From contig CM074817.1 of NCBI GenBank assembly GCA_037447605.1, forward strand, positions 2,232,001-2,296,000: a stretch of DNA of 64,000 nt. The letters are read 5' to 3'. Source of the stretch: Zygnema circumcarinatum SAG 698-1b (lineage: Eukaryota; Plantae; Zygnematophyceae). Shown piece after piece: positions 1-15,521 of this stretch (its first letter is position 1; each line of letters begins with the position of its first letter). The notes beneath the pieces were generated by a model that did not search any database, was not told the origin of the DNA, and saw nothing but the letters and a program-made list of their open reading frames with translations. Position numbers and translations under genes: made by a program.

Positions 1-148
1 GAACCAGATTATCTCTCGTCCTCACTCTTCCCCTCTCTTCCACTCCTTCCTCTCCCACTCTTCCTCTCCCTCTCCCCCCACTCTCCCTCTCCTTCCGTCT
101 CCCTCTCCCTCTCCCTTCTCTCATAAGCTGTATGGCTGAGAGGTTCAG

Positions 149-3100
149 GGGACAACCTATTCTGAGGAAGTACTCGATATGATCAATCGAGAAGCCGAGG
201 GAGGCGATAACTTGGAGGGCTTCCTACTCTGCCATTCCATCGCAGGAGGAACCGGTTCAGGTTAGTTAATCTTCAAAGTTCCCCTAATGACCTTGTTTTC
301 TTAACTATTTAGAATGTCCACGGTTTCTAGGAGGACTTTGCCGCAACAACAGGCATTCATTATCACATGAGAGGCTTTATGTTATTATTGTTATCATCTT
401 TTTACCTTTCATCCATTTTGCTTATTAGGCAACTTGTGGCCTATACTCATGATGTGTGCAGGCATGGGCTCGTACCTCTTGGAGGCGCTAAGTGATCATT
501 ATAGCAAGAAAGTCGTTCAGACATATAGCGTTTTTCCAAACCAACGTGAACCCGACGTAGTGGTGCAACCCTACAATTCAATTCTCACATTGAAGCGACT
601 CATAAACAATGCGGATAGTGTCGTTGTGCTCGACAATACAGCCCTTAATCGGTTGGCAGTTCGTCAACTCCCAAACACCACCACTCCCACCATCTCACAA
701 ACAAACTCCCTTGTAGCAACCGTTATGGCTGCGAGTACATCAACTCTGCGCTATCCGGGCTACATGAATAACGACCTTGTGGGCATGATCACGACGCTTG
801 TACCGGTCCCGAAATGCCATTTTCTTATGACAGGATATACGCCTTTGACACTTGAATTGCAGGTGCAACCTCCCAACACCCCTCTCTTTCTCTCTCTCTC
901 TCTCTCTCTCGCTCTCTCTCGCTCTATCCCTTTTTTCTCCCGATAATCTCTCAATCAAAGCATACTTCATACGATGTTTGTTTCACGCTCGGGTCCCTTT
1001 CGAGGCCCTGTTGTATGTCTCTCACTTCCAAATTTTCCCTCTCGCCCCCTTCCTAAAATTTCCTCTCCCCTCCCACCCTTCAAAGCTCCTTCTCTTGCGC
1101 CTCTCTCCTCTGTTGAGGCGCTCATTCCTTTCTCTGTCACGTGAAGCTGAACAACTAGTAGCAGAGAGTGGAAAGTACTGCCTTAGATTCCCAATGATAG
1201 CGCCGGCCTACATGGATATTGAGAAAGAGGGAGTTAGAGAGAGGAAAGAGAGGGCGAAGGATAGTTATTTGGGAATGCATTCAGTTGTGTCTATATGCAT
1301 GCACATGCAGACATATCCATATAATACATACATCCGCAGATATATACAGACATGTATGCATACATACACGCATACATTCACATTTAATTCCATGCATGTA
1401 CTTATACATATGCTTATTCTATGGTGCGATATGGTGTGTCCGATGGGTGTCTGCTGTACAGGAAAGCACAGTGCGCAAAACCACTGTAGCGGATGTTATG
1501 CGTCGGCTTCTGAAGGTGGCTCTCACCTCCCCTACTGTTCCATAATCAAACTAAGCACTGAAATTTTTGTGAACGGATTGTATGGCTGTTTCGTTGCAGC
1601 TTGCTGCTGTGGAACGATTTTGAATTTTGCAATCCTGAACAAACGACAACAATTTTTTTTTCATAGAAAAGGTTTTGATTAATTATGGGCCGTATGGTGG
1701 GAGGGAGGCAGCCCGAGAACATGATGGTGTCATCTTATGCGAAACAGCAAGATCTGAGCCGTGCGAAGTATATCTCCGCCTTGAATATTATCCTTGGTGA
1801 TGTGGATCCTACACAGGTAAACAAATTTTCTACTGTTTAGGAAATATCTCCTTAGGGAGGAGGGTAAGGCCATGCTATAAATTTCATTCTGCACTTGGAG
1901 TAATGGTCAGAGCGGAGGAGGATACGGAGGGAGATGGAGTGGGCAGTAAATGGTAATGCATCATTATTCACAGAGATATCTATCTTAGTTGCCTTCATTT
2001 TGTATTGAACATTGCATTGCACACAAAACATACACAGAGACAGAATCAGAGTCGATGGCTTCTGAGATGCAGAGTGTGGAACAGATGCTCCGCGATTTCT
2101 TGGGTTTTGAACTTGAAAGTTACTGCGATTCCAGGATTTCTCGCGTTCTAGGACTTCAGGGAATTTGAGCCAAAATAATCTTTACATATTCAATGGTTTC
2201 AAAATGGGTAGATGTTTGCATGTACGCTATGCAGAATAGAGAGCTGAAGTCATGCCCTCCGCATGCAGGTGCATATCGGGCTGCAGCGAGTCAGAGAGTT
2301 ACAGCTGGCAAACTTTATCGAATGGGCCCCAGCGAGCATTCATGTAAGTCAGAGACTCTCCTTTCCAAGGCAGGCGGTGTGGTAGGAAGGGAAGGAAGAG
2401 AGAGAGGGAGCGGGAGAGGCAGGGGGAAGGGATGGAGCAGGGGAAGGGGGTGAGGAAGGAGAGGGGGAAAGGAGGGAGAGGCAGGGGGAAGGGATGTAGC
2501 AGGGGAAGGGGGTGAGGAAGGAGAGGGGGAAGAAAGGGAGAGGCAGGGGGAAGGGATGGAGCAGGTGAAGGGGGTGAGGAAGGAGAGGGGGAAGAGAGGG
2601 AGAGGGAGGAGGACGAGGTTTGGGGAGGGTGAAGGGGAGGGGAAGGGAGGGGTAGGCTGGAGGCCGAGGAAGAGCGCTGTGTGCATGAGAGTGGATGGGG
2701 AAGAGTGAAGACAAATTTTAGTTGATTTCTCGATAGCTTAAGGGAAGTGTGTGCGGCTGCTGCTGACAGGTGGCGCTTTCTCGCAAGTCGCCATATGTGA
2801 AGTCAGCCAATCGGGTACCTCCATGCCCACATTCCTAAACCTTGGCTTGAAAAATGAAGACTAGTGAGACTTTCAGCACTTCTGTGGCTCTTATATACCT
2901 CTCTATCTTTCTCTCTCTCTCTTTCTCTTTCTCTCGCTCTCTCTCTCTGTCTGTCTCTCTCACAATCTCTCTCTACCTCAGAAAACCCTAAGGATCTCGA
3001 AATTCTGAAGCCCCAGTACTCCACAAACCCTACTCCCCTAAAAGCTGAAAAAACACAGACCCTGAATCCTAAATTCAAATCCTGGAAGCTGAGCGTGGAT

Positions 3101-3861
3101 GGCAGGTGAGTGGTTTGATGCTGGCGAGCAATACGAGCATTCGGCACCTGTTCACAAAATGCCTCAGTCAGTACGATAAGCTGCGCAACAGGAACGCCTT
3201 CCTCGACCAGTACACCAAATATGCTCCTTTTGAGGTGAGAAAAAGGGAGAGGGAGCGAGAGAGGAAGAGAGAGAGCAACTTTGCATAGAACATATTAGGA
3301 GGAGGGGCTAGGGTGGTTTTTCTGTGGGGAAACCACTCTCCTCTCTGTCTCGACCCTCTTCTCTCGCCCTCCTAAACCCTCTGCAGAATCTAACTCCTTC
3401 CTCTCTCCCTTTTCTCCCTTTCCTGTCAAGCCATTGTCCTCACATTTCTCTGTCCTGGGAGGTTTCAGGTGGACTTTGCAGAATTCGACGATGCGAGGGA
3501 GCAGGTGCAGAGCCTGGCGGATGAATACGAGTTGTGCGAGTCTCCAGACTACAGCAATTGGGGCATTGACGTGAGTTGACTCTCGCTTTCTCTCTCTCTT
3601 TCCTTCTCTTTCGCTCTCTCTCTCTCGCTAATTCCCTGTGTCCCTTCCTCTCCTTTTCCCGATGATGAAGCTGACACTCTGCGACACCCTTTCTACTTCC
3701 TAATTTTCTAGTTTTCTAGGTTTCTACTCTCTAGTTTTTTAGTTTCTAATTTGAACGCTGGAAGCTCTCTCTCCTTTGTGCAGGATCCAAGGCCGCCCGT
3801 TGGTTCCAACCCCATGCTCTCCTGGGGGGGGGCTCGGGGACACGAAGGCGACGGCCATTAG
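149..3861 (+). CDS. TUBG: Gamma-tubulin, 5'-partial (earlier exons lie upstream of the window); divergent sequence
   Basis: Exons 149-260, 462-862, 1462-1515, 1712-1816, 2269-2343, 2770-2814, 3106-3234, 3469-3570, 3784-3861 (TAG) join in frame at GT-AG sites. Motifs [56 protein letters not shown] and CESPDY are gamma-tubulin signatures. Confidence 0.95.
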
Positions 3862-4564
3862 AAGAGAACAGGGATACATAGAGCAGCCATGGAGTGATGC
3901 CACCCACAGTGGCCGAGCTTATATATGTACATATAATTTTTGCTAGCTTTTGTTACAGTTCGCTGCAGTTCCACTCCAACGTGAACTTCGCAATTCGACA
4001 AGTTAGGTACTACAGAGGTTTTAGTTGCGCTCTGTTCCAGTTACCGGTCATCAGCATCGCATTGATAACAGTACGTAGTGCTCTCCAGCTTAGACTGCCC
4101 GCAAGGCTGTGTTAGGAGGCAGATGCAGAGGATCAAACTTTTACCATAGTCTAGCCAACCAATGTTTCCACGATTTCATATATAACCGTGCAATACTTCA
4201 CAGCTTATCTGCTTATGGTGACGACTAATCATGTCCATGAAGGTGATGGGGACGGTAATGATGGTGATTTGGCTGGTGATGATGATGGCGGCCTTTAACC
4301 CTTCCCATAAAGGGTCGACGCAAAACAAGCTCATGGGCAAACACTAAAACTCACTATACCGCGTGTATTGTACAGCAGGCAGGAAATCGCCCAGCATCTC
4401 CGTTATGTACTGGAGCTGCTGCCTCTTACAAAACCCTAAAACCGCTAAGAGGGGGCTCAGGGCCGGCAAGCCCTGCCATTATAGGCCAACAGAGGTGATA
4501 TTGGACCCCGGTTTGCCCTCCTTGGTCCAACGCATTCATACGCTCTATGCAGCTCTATGTGTTT

Positions 4565-6567
4565 TCAGGCCGATTCATAGCGTGACGCGACATCCTTCCA
4601 GTTCACCACCTTCCAGATGCTCTTCAGATATTCGGGGCGGACATTTTTGTACTGCAGAGAAGAGCACCACAGATAAGGAACACTCTTTCATCACGGCCCT
4701 GCTCTGAGGATATAAGAACGAGGGAACAAGTACTGCACAACAGACTCAATATTCTTCTGAAAAATCCACGTTTAACTTAATACAGGGGATTTCGCTGAAA
4801 TGCTTGAAAGAAATACCTGCAGGTAGTAAGCATGCTCCCACACATCCACTCCCAGAAGAGGGATCAGCCCCGTGCTGCTGAGGGGATCCTGCGCGAGTTA
4901 ATGCAACAGATGTTGAGAGAAAAGAGGGTGAGAGAGAGATTGTGAGTGCACATGTATGTCTGTGTTTTGTGAGAAAGGGAGTTGTGCTGTGCGCGAGTTT
5001 GTGAGTGGGAGAGAGAGAGAGAGCGAGAAAGAGAGAGAGCCAGTGATGAACAATACCTGATTGGGCGTGGTCTGAATCACCACTCGCTTGAGCTCCTTGT
5101 TGAGGCCCAACCACTGCAAAACACAAATGTTCGAACACTGCTCACCGTCAGCAGCATTTTCATTCGGCAGATTCAAGACTTCCCAGTGACCATTACTGAG
5201 AAGGAACGGGAGAGGAGATGATTAGCCATGCAGAATTTTTCTGCCCGAGTGATTGGCCAGCTACCCAAACACTTAACTTCCGGACAAATTGTACGGGAAA
5301 AAGACTCGAAAAGAGACTCTGTGGTTGGTCCATTCTAGAGACAGTACGCAAAATAGAGTCCCGCCCTAATGCTGCCATATGTGCAGAAGCAACATTTTCA
5401 GGAAGGCCAATAGTCATTACCACCCAGCCTGAGCCTTGAACACCTGCTCCTGCTGCGCTGAATTTCTTCACAAAGTTATCAAGTGACCCAAACTCTTCAT
5501 CGATTGCTGTAGCAAGAGGCCCTGATGGCGGTTCCCCTCCTCCAGCCTGACTTCCATACAAGAGAAAACGAAAAAAAATCAGAGGCATGAATCTGGTTTG
5601 GGAAAGCAGCAAGTAGACGAAGAAAGATTTGTAGGCGAAGTAAATAATAGATCGAGTGCTCCAGAAAAAAGGATCAGGTGCGAAATAATCAAAACGTGCC
5701 CGTACGTCGCATCTAAACAAATACTTCCAAGAAAATGCATACAAGAAATTGCGTTACACTCAATTCTCAAGTTCGAAAATCATAATCTTTTGCCAAATGC
5801 CAAGCATTATACTAAGGTGTAAAGAGATATAATACCGTTGGAGGTGCCAAGTTATTCCAAAAGATTGAATGATTGATGTGGCCTGCAATAGACCATCCAC
5901 ACAAGATCAGCAGGTCCCAGTATGGCCATTCCAAAAAGAGATAAATAAACAGCACTCCAGTAGTCCAGAATTAAAAATAGAAAAATCTGATAAAGAACTT
6001 CCTTCATATTCTTACTCTTTCTTAAGCACCTTCGCTTATTCAATGGATTAACCAATCTTAGATTAGTATCAACAGCTTTTGAGAAAAAGAACAACCAAGT
6101 GAATGCAAGACATCAGCTTGAAAAGCCTGCTTTGAAAATATGCATCTTAAAAAACACACCACTTCTGACATAATACACATACACAGAGCACGCTACAACA
6201 TCACTCCACCTCCATACAAAAGCTTAGAACAAACAAATGTTGAATCTTGAAACAGAATCAGATGCCTACCTCCGCCATTGAACTTCAGCAAACCCTGCAG
6301 CGCAATTTGTTTCTGCAAATCTTTCTTGTGCAGCGCCTCTTCAAACTCCTCCGAAGCCTTGTTGAATCCTGTCACGTAGGCCTGATGGTGCTTGGAATGA
6401 TGCAGCTCCATTATTTCCGCGCTTATGATGGGCTCCAAGGCATTGTAGTCGTATGGAAGCTCAGGCAGGCTGTAAGTGTATACAGACCTCGAGCTCGAGC
6501 TGAGAGAATTTCTCGGGAAGCACTCCTGCAGCCTCCCAGAAGCGGCCCTTGCAGCCTGGCGCAGCAT
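4565..6567 (-). CDS. MSD1: Mitochondrial Mn superoxide dismutase, 6 exons
   Basis: Exons 6567-6270, 5882-5836, 5546-5421, 5113-5057, 4888-4817, 4651-4565. Motifs [62 protein letters not shown]. Arg/Ser-rich N-terminal presequence. Confidence 0.97.
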
Positions 6568-7362
6568 TGCAGCAAAATATCGTATTCACTTGATGATGTT
6601 TCTCCTCCTTTTGGCGTAAAATATCCTTCCAAGAGAAGGAAAACTGCTCCTCATGCAAAGCAATCAAAGTAAGGAGAAAGGGAGCGGGGAACCCTGAAAG
6701 CGATGGCGGGATCAACCGACGGAGTCTACTATGGTGGAGTCGCAAGGTAGATCCGCGTCGGGAATGAAAACTTCCGGGTTCCGAGGATGCAAATCTAGAT
6801 CAACTTTTTAAAAGCAGAATCCACCAACGAATCACATGTCGTCACGTGTACAAACTGTCAACGTGGCTGACTTCCATTGGAAGGCAATCAAATCGAAGCT
6901 CACAAGGGTGTGTTCATATTGAACTGTGGTGTGAGTATGGCAGACCACGTTTCGCCTTCCTATTGGAGAATGGCTGCAAAAGCCGTGGCAAATCGCAACT
7001 GGTTCTGTGCCAGTTTCCTTGTAGAACTGTGACGATTACTCGCTGCTGCATGAAGCGACGGAAAACGACAAAGCTCAATATAAAAAGCTTACGTACATTG
7101 CACCTGGTCAGGAAAAAATAATGCAGAAACCACGAGGAATCCCCCGCTGCAGTGCCGTGATCGCACATTGGTTCCTAGATGTGGATTTTTAACATTGGTT
7201 TTTCAAACACATGCGTTCAACATCATCATGTGGGCATCAACCTAATGCCCTCAAATTTCCATGGCCATGGAAATGAACACCACGAAAAACCCAAGAGGAA
7301 CCGTCCACAACTGACCCAAAGACCGTTTGAACAAAGCCATGAGCGCAACTTGCTCCTAGCCC

Positions 7363-7378
7363 CAACAACAACAACAAT

Positions 7379-7410
<32 letters not shown>
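7363..7410. repeat. (CAA)16 microsatellite, one unit TAA, next to a 7-bp stem-loop at 7411-7432
   Basis: Read directly; TGCGGCT (7411-7417) and AGCCGCA (7426-7432) are reverse complements. Confidence 0.9.
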
Positions 7411-7413
<3 letters not shown>

Positions 7414-7867
7414 GGCTCTAGAAGAAGCCGCAAAGGGCACACCCATGTGGGTCACGTCACCTCCCATGGCGCTGGAGGGCCAGCGGTACGGGCACCACTC
7501 AACTCTGCGCGCCGAAGGGGAGTGAGAACGAGGAGGCCGAGAGATACGTTTTCAGTTCAAAAATTTAGTTCAAAAAATGCCGCGCGGTTAGATCAGAGGG
7601 GGAGAGGGGAGGAGAGAGGAGAGGAGAAGTGGAGAGGAGAGGTTCCACATGGAAGATGTATGAGAGGGAAATGCGCAGCTCCTCTCTCTCGCACTCCCTT
7701 CCTCCTGCGTGCCCTCTCTCCCTCCCTCCCACCTCCTCTACTGTCACATCCCTTCTCGCTCGCTAATTTCTTCGTCCCTTTTCCCCTCCCTTTCTCGACC
7801 TAACCTTCTCCGTTCCATTCCCTCTCTCTCTCTCCCTCCTTCCCTCTCTTTTTCTCCTTCTCTATCC

Positions 7868-7916
<49 letters not shown>

Positions 7917-8067
7917 CCTCCCACTTTCACTCCCTCCACCCTCCAAATGGCTCTCCTGCAGAGCGAGCTCTCAAGTCCGGCGCTTCGCCGTCTCTGAGAG
8001 CTCCTCCCCCTGCTCTTTTTTCTCTCTCTTCGAGGAATCCACGTGGCAGTCTCCTATTGGCCGCAAC

Positions 8068-12932
<4,865 letters not shown>

Positions 12933-13326
12933 GCTGTATTAGTTTACCATTTTAGGGTTGTCAGTAATTGTACATCCTCTCTGTTTCTTTTTCAATTGCA
13001 AAATTGCACTATGAGAACAATTTTGATGACGGAATAAAGTGTCAGGAAATGGATGGGTCTCATCGTTGAGTTTGGCCTGAGTGTGGCTTTCACGTGCTCT
13101 TGAATCTGCAAACTGAACACTGCGCTGAACTGAGCATCAAGAGTACTGCAACGGATCAAACGTTAAGCGAGTGCTTCGTGCAGAATGCCTTTTCGCAAAG
13201 CAACTGAAGGACACGAAAAATCAAAGGGAACAATCATGTCATGAGCCATACCAATGCTGTACGGAAAAGCGGTTTCAAGCTGACAATTTATCTTTCTACC
13301 CAGTGAATGCCTCATCTTTCTACAGC

Positions 13327-14592
13327 TTAATGGCCCTGGTTTAACCTCTCAAATGCTTTTCGCTGCCTTGCAACATGAGGCCAGGCGACTTGAAACTCCA
13401 AGATGGCCCAAACAAGATTCCAAAATGAGAATTCTGGCCATAGAACTTGGCAGAAATACAGGTATGCATGCGAACTCTGCCAGAGCAAAAAATTGCTGAG
13501 CCTTGTTTCTCCTGAGGTTCTAATGAGAAGATCTACGGAAGGACAGTTGGATGTATACAAGTGCTTCTCTATAGAAGCGGAAGAAATCGATTCTAGCAAA
13601 AGCTTGGAGCTTGTTGGATGACAGGAGCTCCTCGAATGCCGAGCGCTCGAGTCAGAAGCCATCTCTTCTGAAGTGGTCTGCTGATGTTCTTTGCTGGTAA
13701 CTGGCCTGGAAAAATTTCCTAGCAATGGAACTATGTATTCAGAAAGGCCGTCTATATCTTCCTGTAATAATCTTGCACCACTAGAGCTTTCTCTTGATAG
13801 ATACTCCTCAGACGATGAATCATGGCTACAAGAACCTTCAGCAGATCCTGACATTCTCCACCGAGAATTGCTCTCCTCTGCCTCCGTGACCGGATCATAA
13901 TTGAAAGAAGAGCGAGAAGAGGTTGATGATCTAGCTCCCTCCCTACGTCCTGCAGAACTTTCAAGAGCTGAACAGGTTTTTTCTTGAGATGCCAATCGTG
14001 TAGCCAGCGCCTGATCAATGGCTGAATCTCTGACCTGAGTAATGGCATGCACCATCTCCTCTCGAGAAGTGTATGGAGCGCAGACATTCAACACAGCGCC
14101 GCGGTTTTGCTTCGTCATTGCCACGACATGTTCAGCAGATCGTTGAACCGATGGAGGCAACATTGATAGGTCCCCTACTAGGCGAACTTGCAACCCTAGC
14201 TGCTCGGCAAGACTGTGCTTCTCAGCTAACTCTTCCAATTTGCTCTGCAGAAGACTCATCAGCGCATTCACCTCCTCTTCTTCCCTCTTGAAGTTATCAA
14301 TACTGAAAGCATACACGGACAACACTTTCACACCTAGCTCATGGCACATCTCCAGAATCTCCAAGAGCCGATCGTATCCATGGATGTGCCCGCTCTTGCG
14401 ATCCAGCTTCGCTCTGTCTGCAAAGCGGCGGTTTCCGTCCATAATGATGGCGACATGGCCGGGTAACGGGCCTGCAGAGAGCATCCAAAACACGAGACGC
14501 TTCAGCAGCGCGCGGAGACGCACGAGCACGACCGAGACAAAGGTTGCCGGGGCCGGGCGCGGGGCCGCGCTGGGCGAAGCACCGGCAGCCAT
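13327..14592 (-). CDS. CPT: cis-prenyltransferase (dehydrodolichyl diphosphate synthase catalytic-subunit type), single exon, 421 aa
   Basis: ORF 13327..14622, first true ATG at 14592. Motifs HVAIIMDGNRRFA, GH..GY, VYAFSIDNFKR, LNVCAPYTSREE and DLLIRTSGETRLSNFLLWQ. No C-terminal RxG motif, consistent with the heteromeric (NgBR/LEW1-dependent) class. Confidence 0.95.
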   Translation of the reverse strand: MAAGASPSAAPRPAPATFVSVVLVRLRALLKRLVFWMLSAGPLPGHVAIIMDGNRRFADRAKLDRKSGHIHGYDRLLEILEMCHELGVKVLSVYAFSIDNFKREEEEVNALMSLLQSKLEELAEKHSLAEQLGLQVRLVGDLSMLPPSVQRSAEHVVAMTKQNRGAVLNVCAPYTSREEMVHAITQVRDSAIDQALATRLASQEKTCSALESSAGRREGARSSTSSRSSFNYDPVTEAEESNSRWRMSGSAEGSCSHDSSSEEYLSRESSSGARLLQEDIDGLSEYIVPLLGNFSRPVTSKEHQQTTSEEMASDSSARHSRSSCHPTSSKLLLESISSASIEKHLYTSNCPSVDLLIRTSGETRLSNFLLWQSSHAYLYFCQVLWPEFSFWNLVWAILEFQVAWPHVARQRKAFERLNQGH

Positions 14593-15521
14593 GGCTAGGG
14601 AGCACTCGCAACTTCGTCTCAAAAGGACCTCCTGTCCGGGGCTGGCCCCGATCTATGTGCTTCGATTTACGTGCTCTGTTTTGTTCCGCCGCAGTTACAA
14701 CTGGGAAATTTATGCGCTAGATGTTTTTAGCGAATCAAATTTCAGAGAAATATTCAGCCGTCCAATTCTCTGCAGTCAAAATAGTAAAAACGGGAAACCG
14801 GACGGTTACGGTTACAAGGAGCCTTTCTCAATGTAAAATACTGACGCATCTTTCAATGATGATCCGCCACGTGTACACAATGTCTTACGTGGCACGACCC
14901 CATTGGAAGATGCTCCGAAAGTCGAAAAGCCCTTAGGGGCCGTACGATTTTGTACGACATATGTACGGACATAATACGGACAAGTTTACCAAGGTCCAAG
15001 GGGATCTTCCAAGGCGGCAGCCAGTGAGAAGCTGCCACGTGTTCAATTTTGACGATGTGGCATGCTCTTATTGGTGCAAAATGTCAAAGTTATTAAAGCA
15101 CCCTTGCAAGGTGCAACTGCAGGATTTGGGAGGGGATGAGGGCATGAGGTGAAATTTTGGTGAGAGAGGGGTGAGACAGGAGAGAGGGAGAGTTGTTTGG
15201 GAGGGGATAGGGGAGGAGAGGGTAAGAGAGGGGCTCTTCTTGCACTGTGTGTCGCTGGAAGGAGGAGGAGAAGGAAGGTCATGTGGAGGATGATGGCCGA
15301 AATGTGCAGGAGGGCATGATTTTCTGGTGCAGTCGGGGAACGCAGGTTCTGGGGAGGAAGAATGTCGAATTGAAAGGGGATCCCCAGAGTTCTGCGTACC
15401 GGCTGCACCAGCCATAGATTGCATGTGAAGCTTCATTCTGAGCTTCGTCTTTAGCATCAGCAGGGCGGAAGAAAATTCCTTGCTGAGGGGCAGGCAGGCA
15501 GGCAGGAACGAGCCCGCAGCG

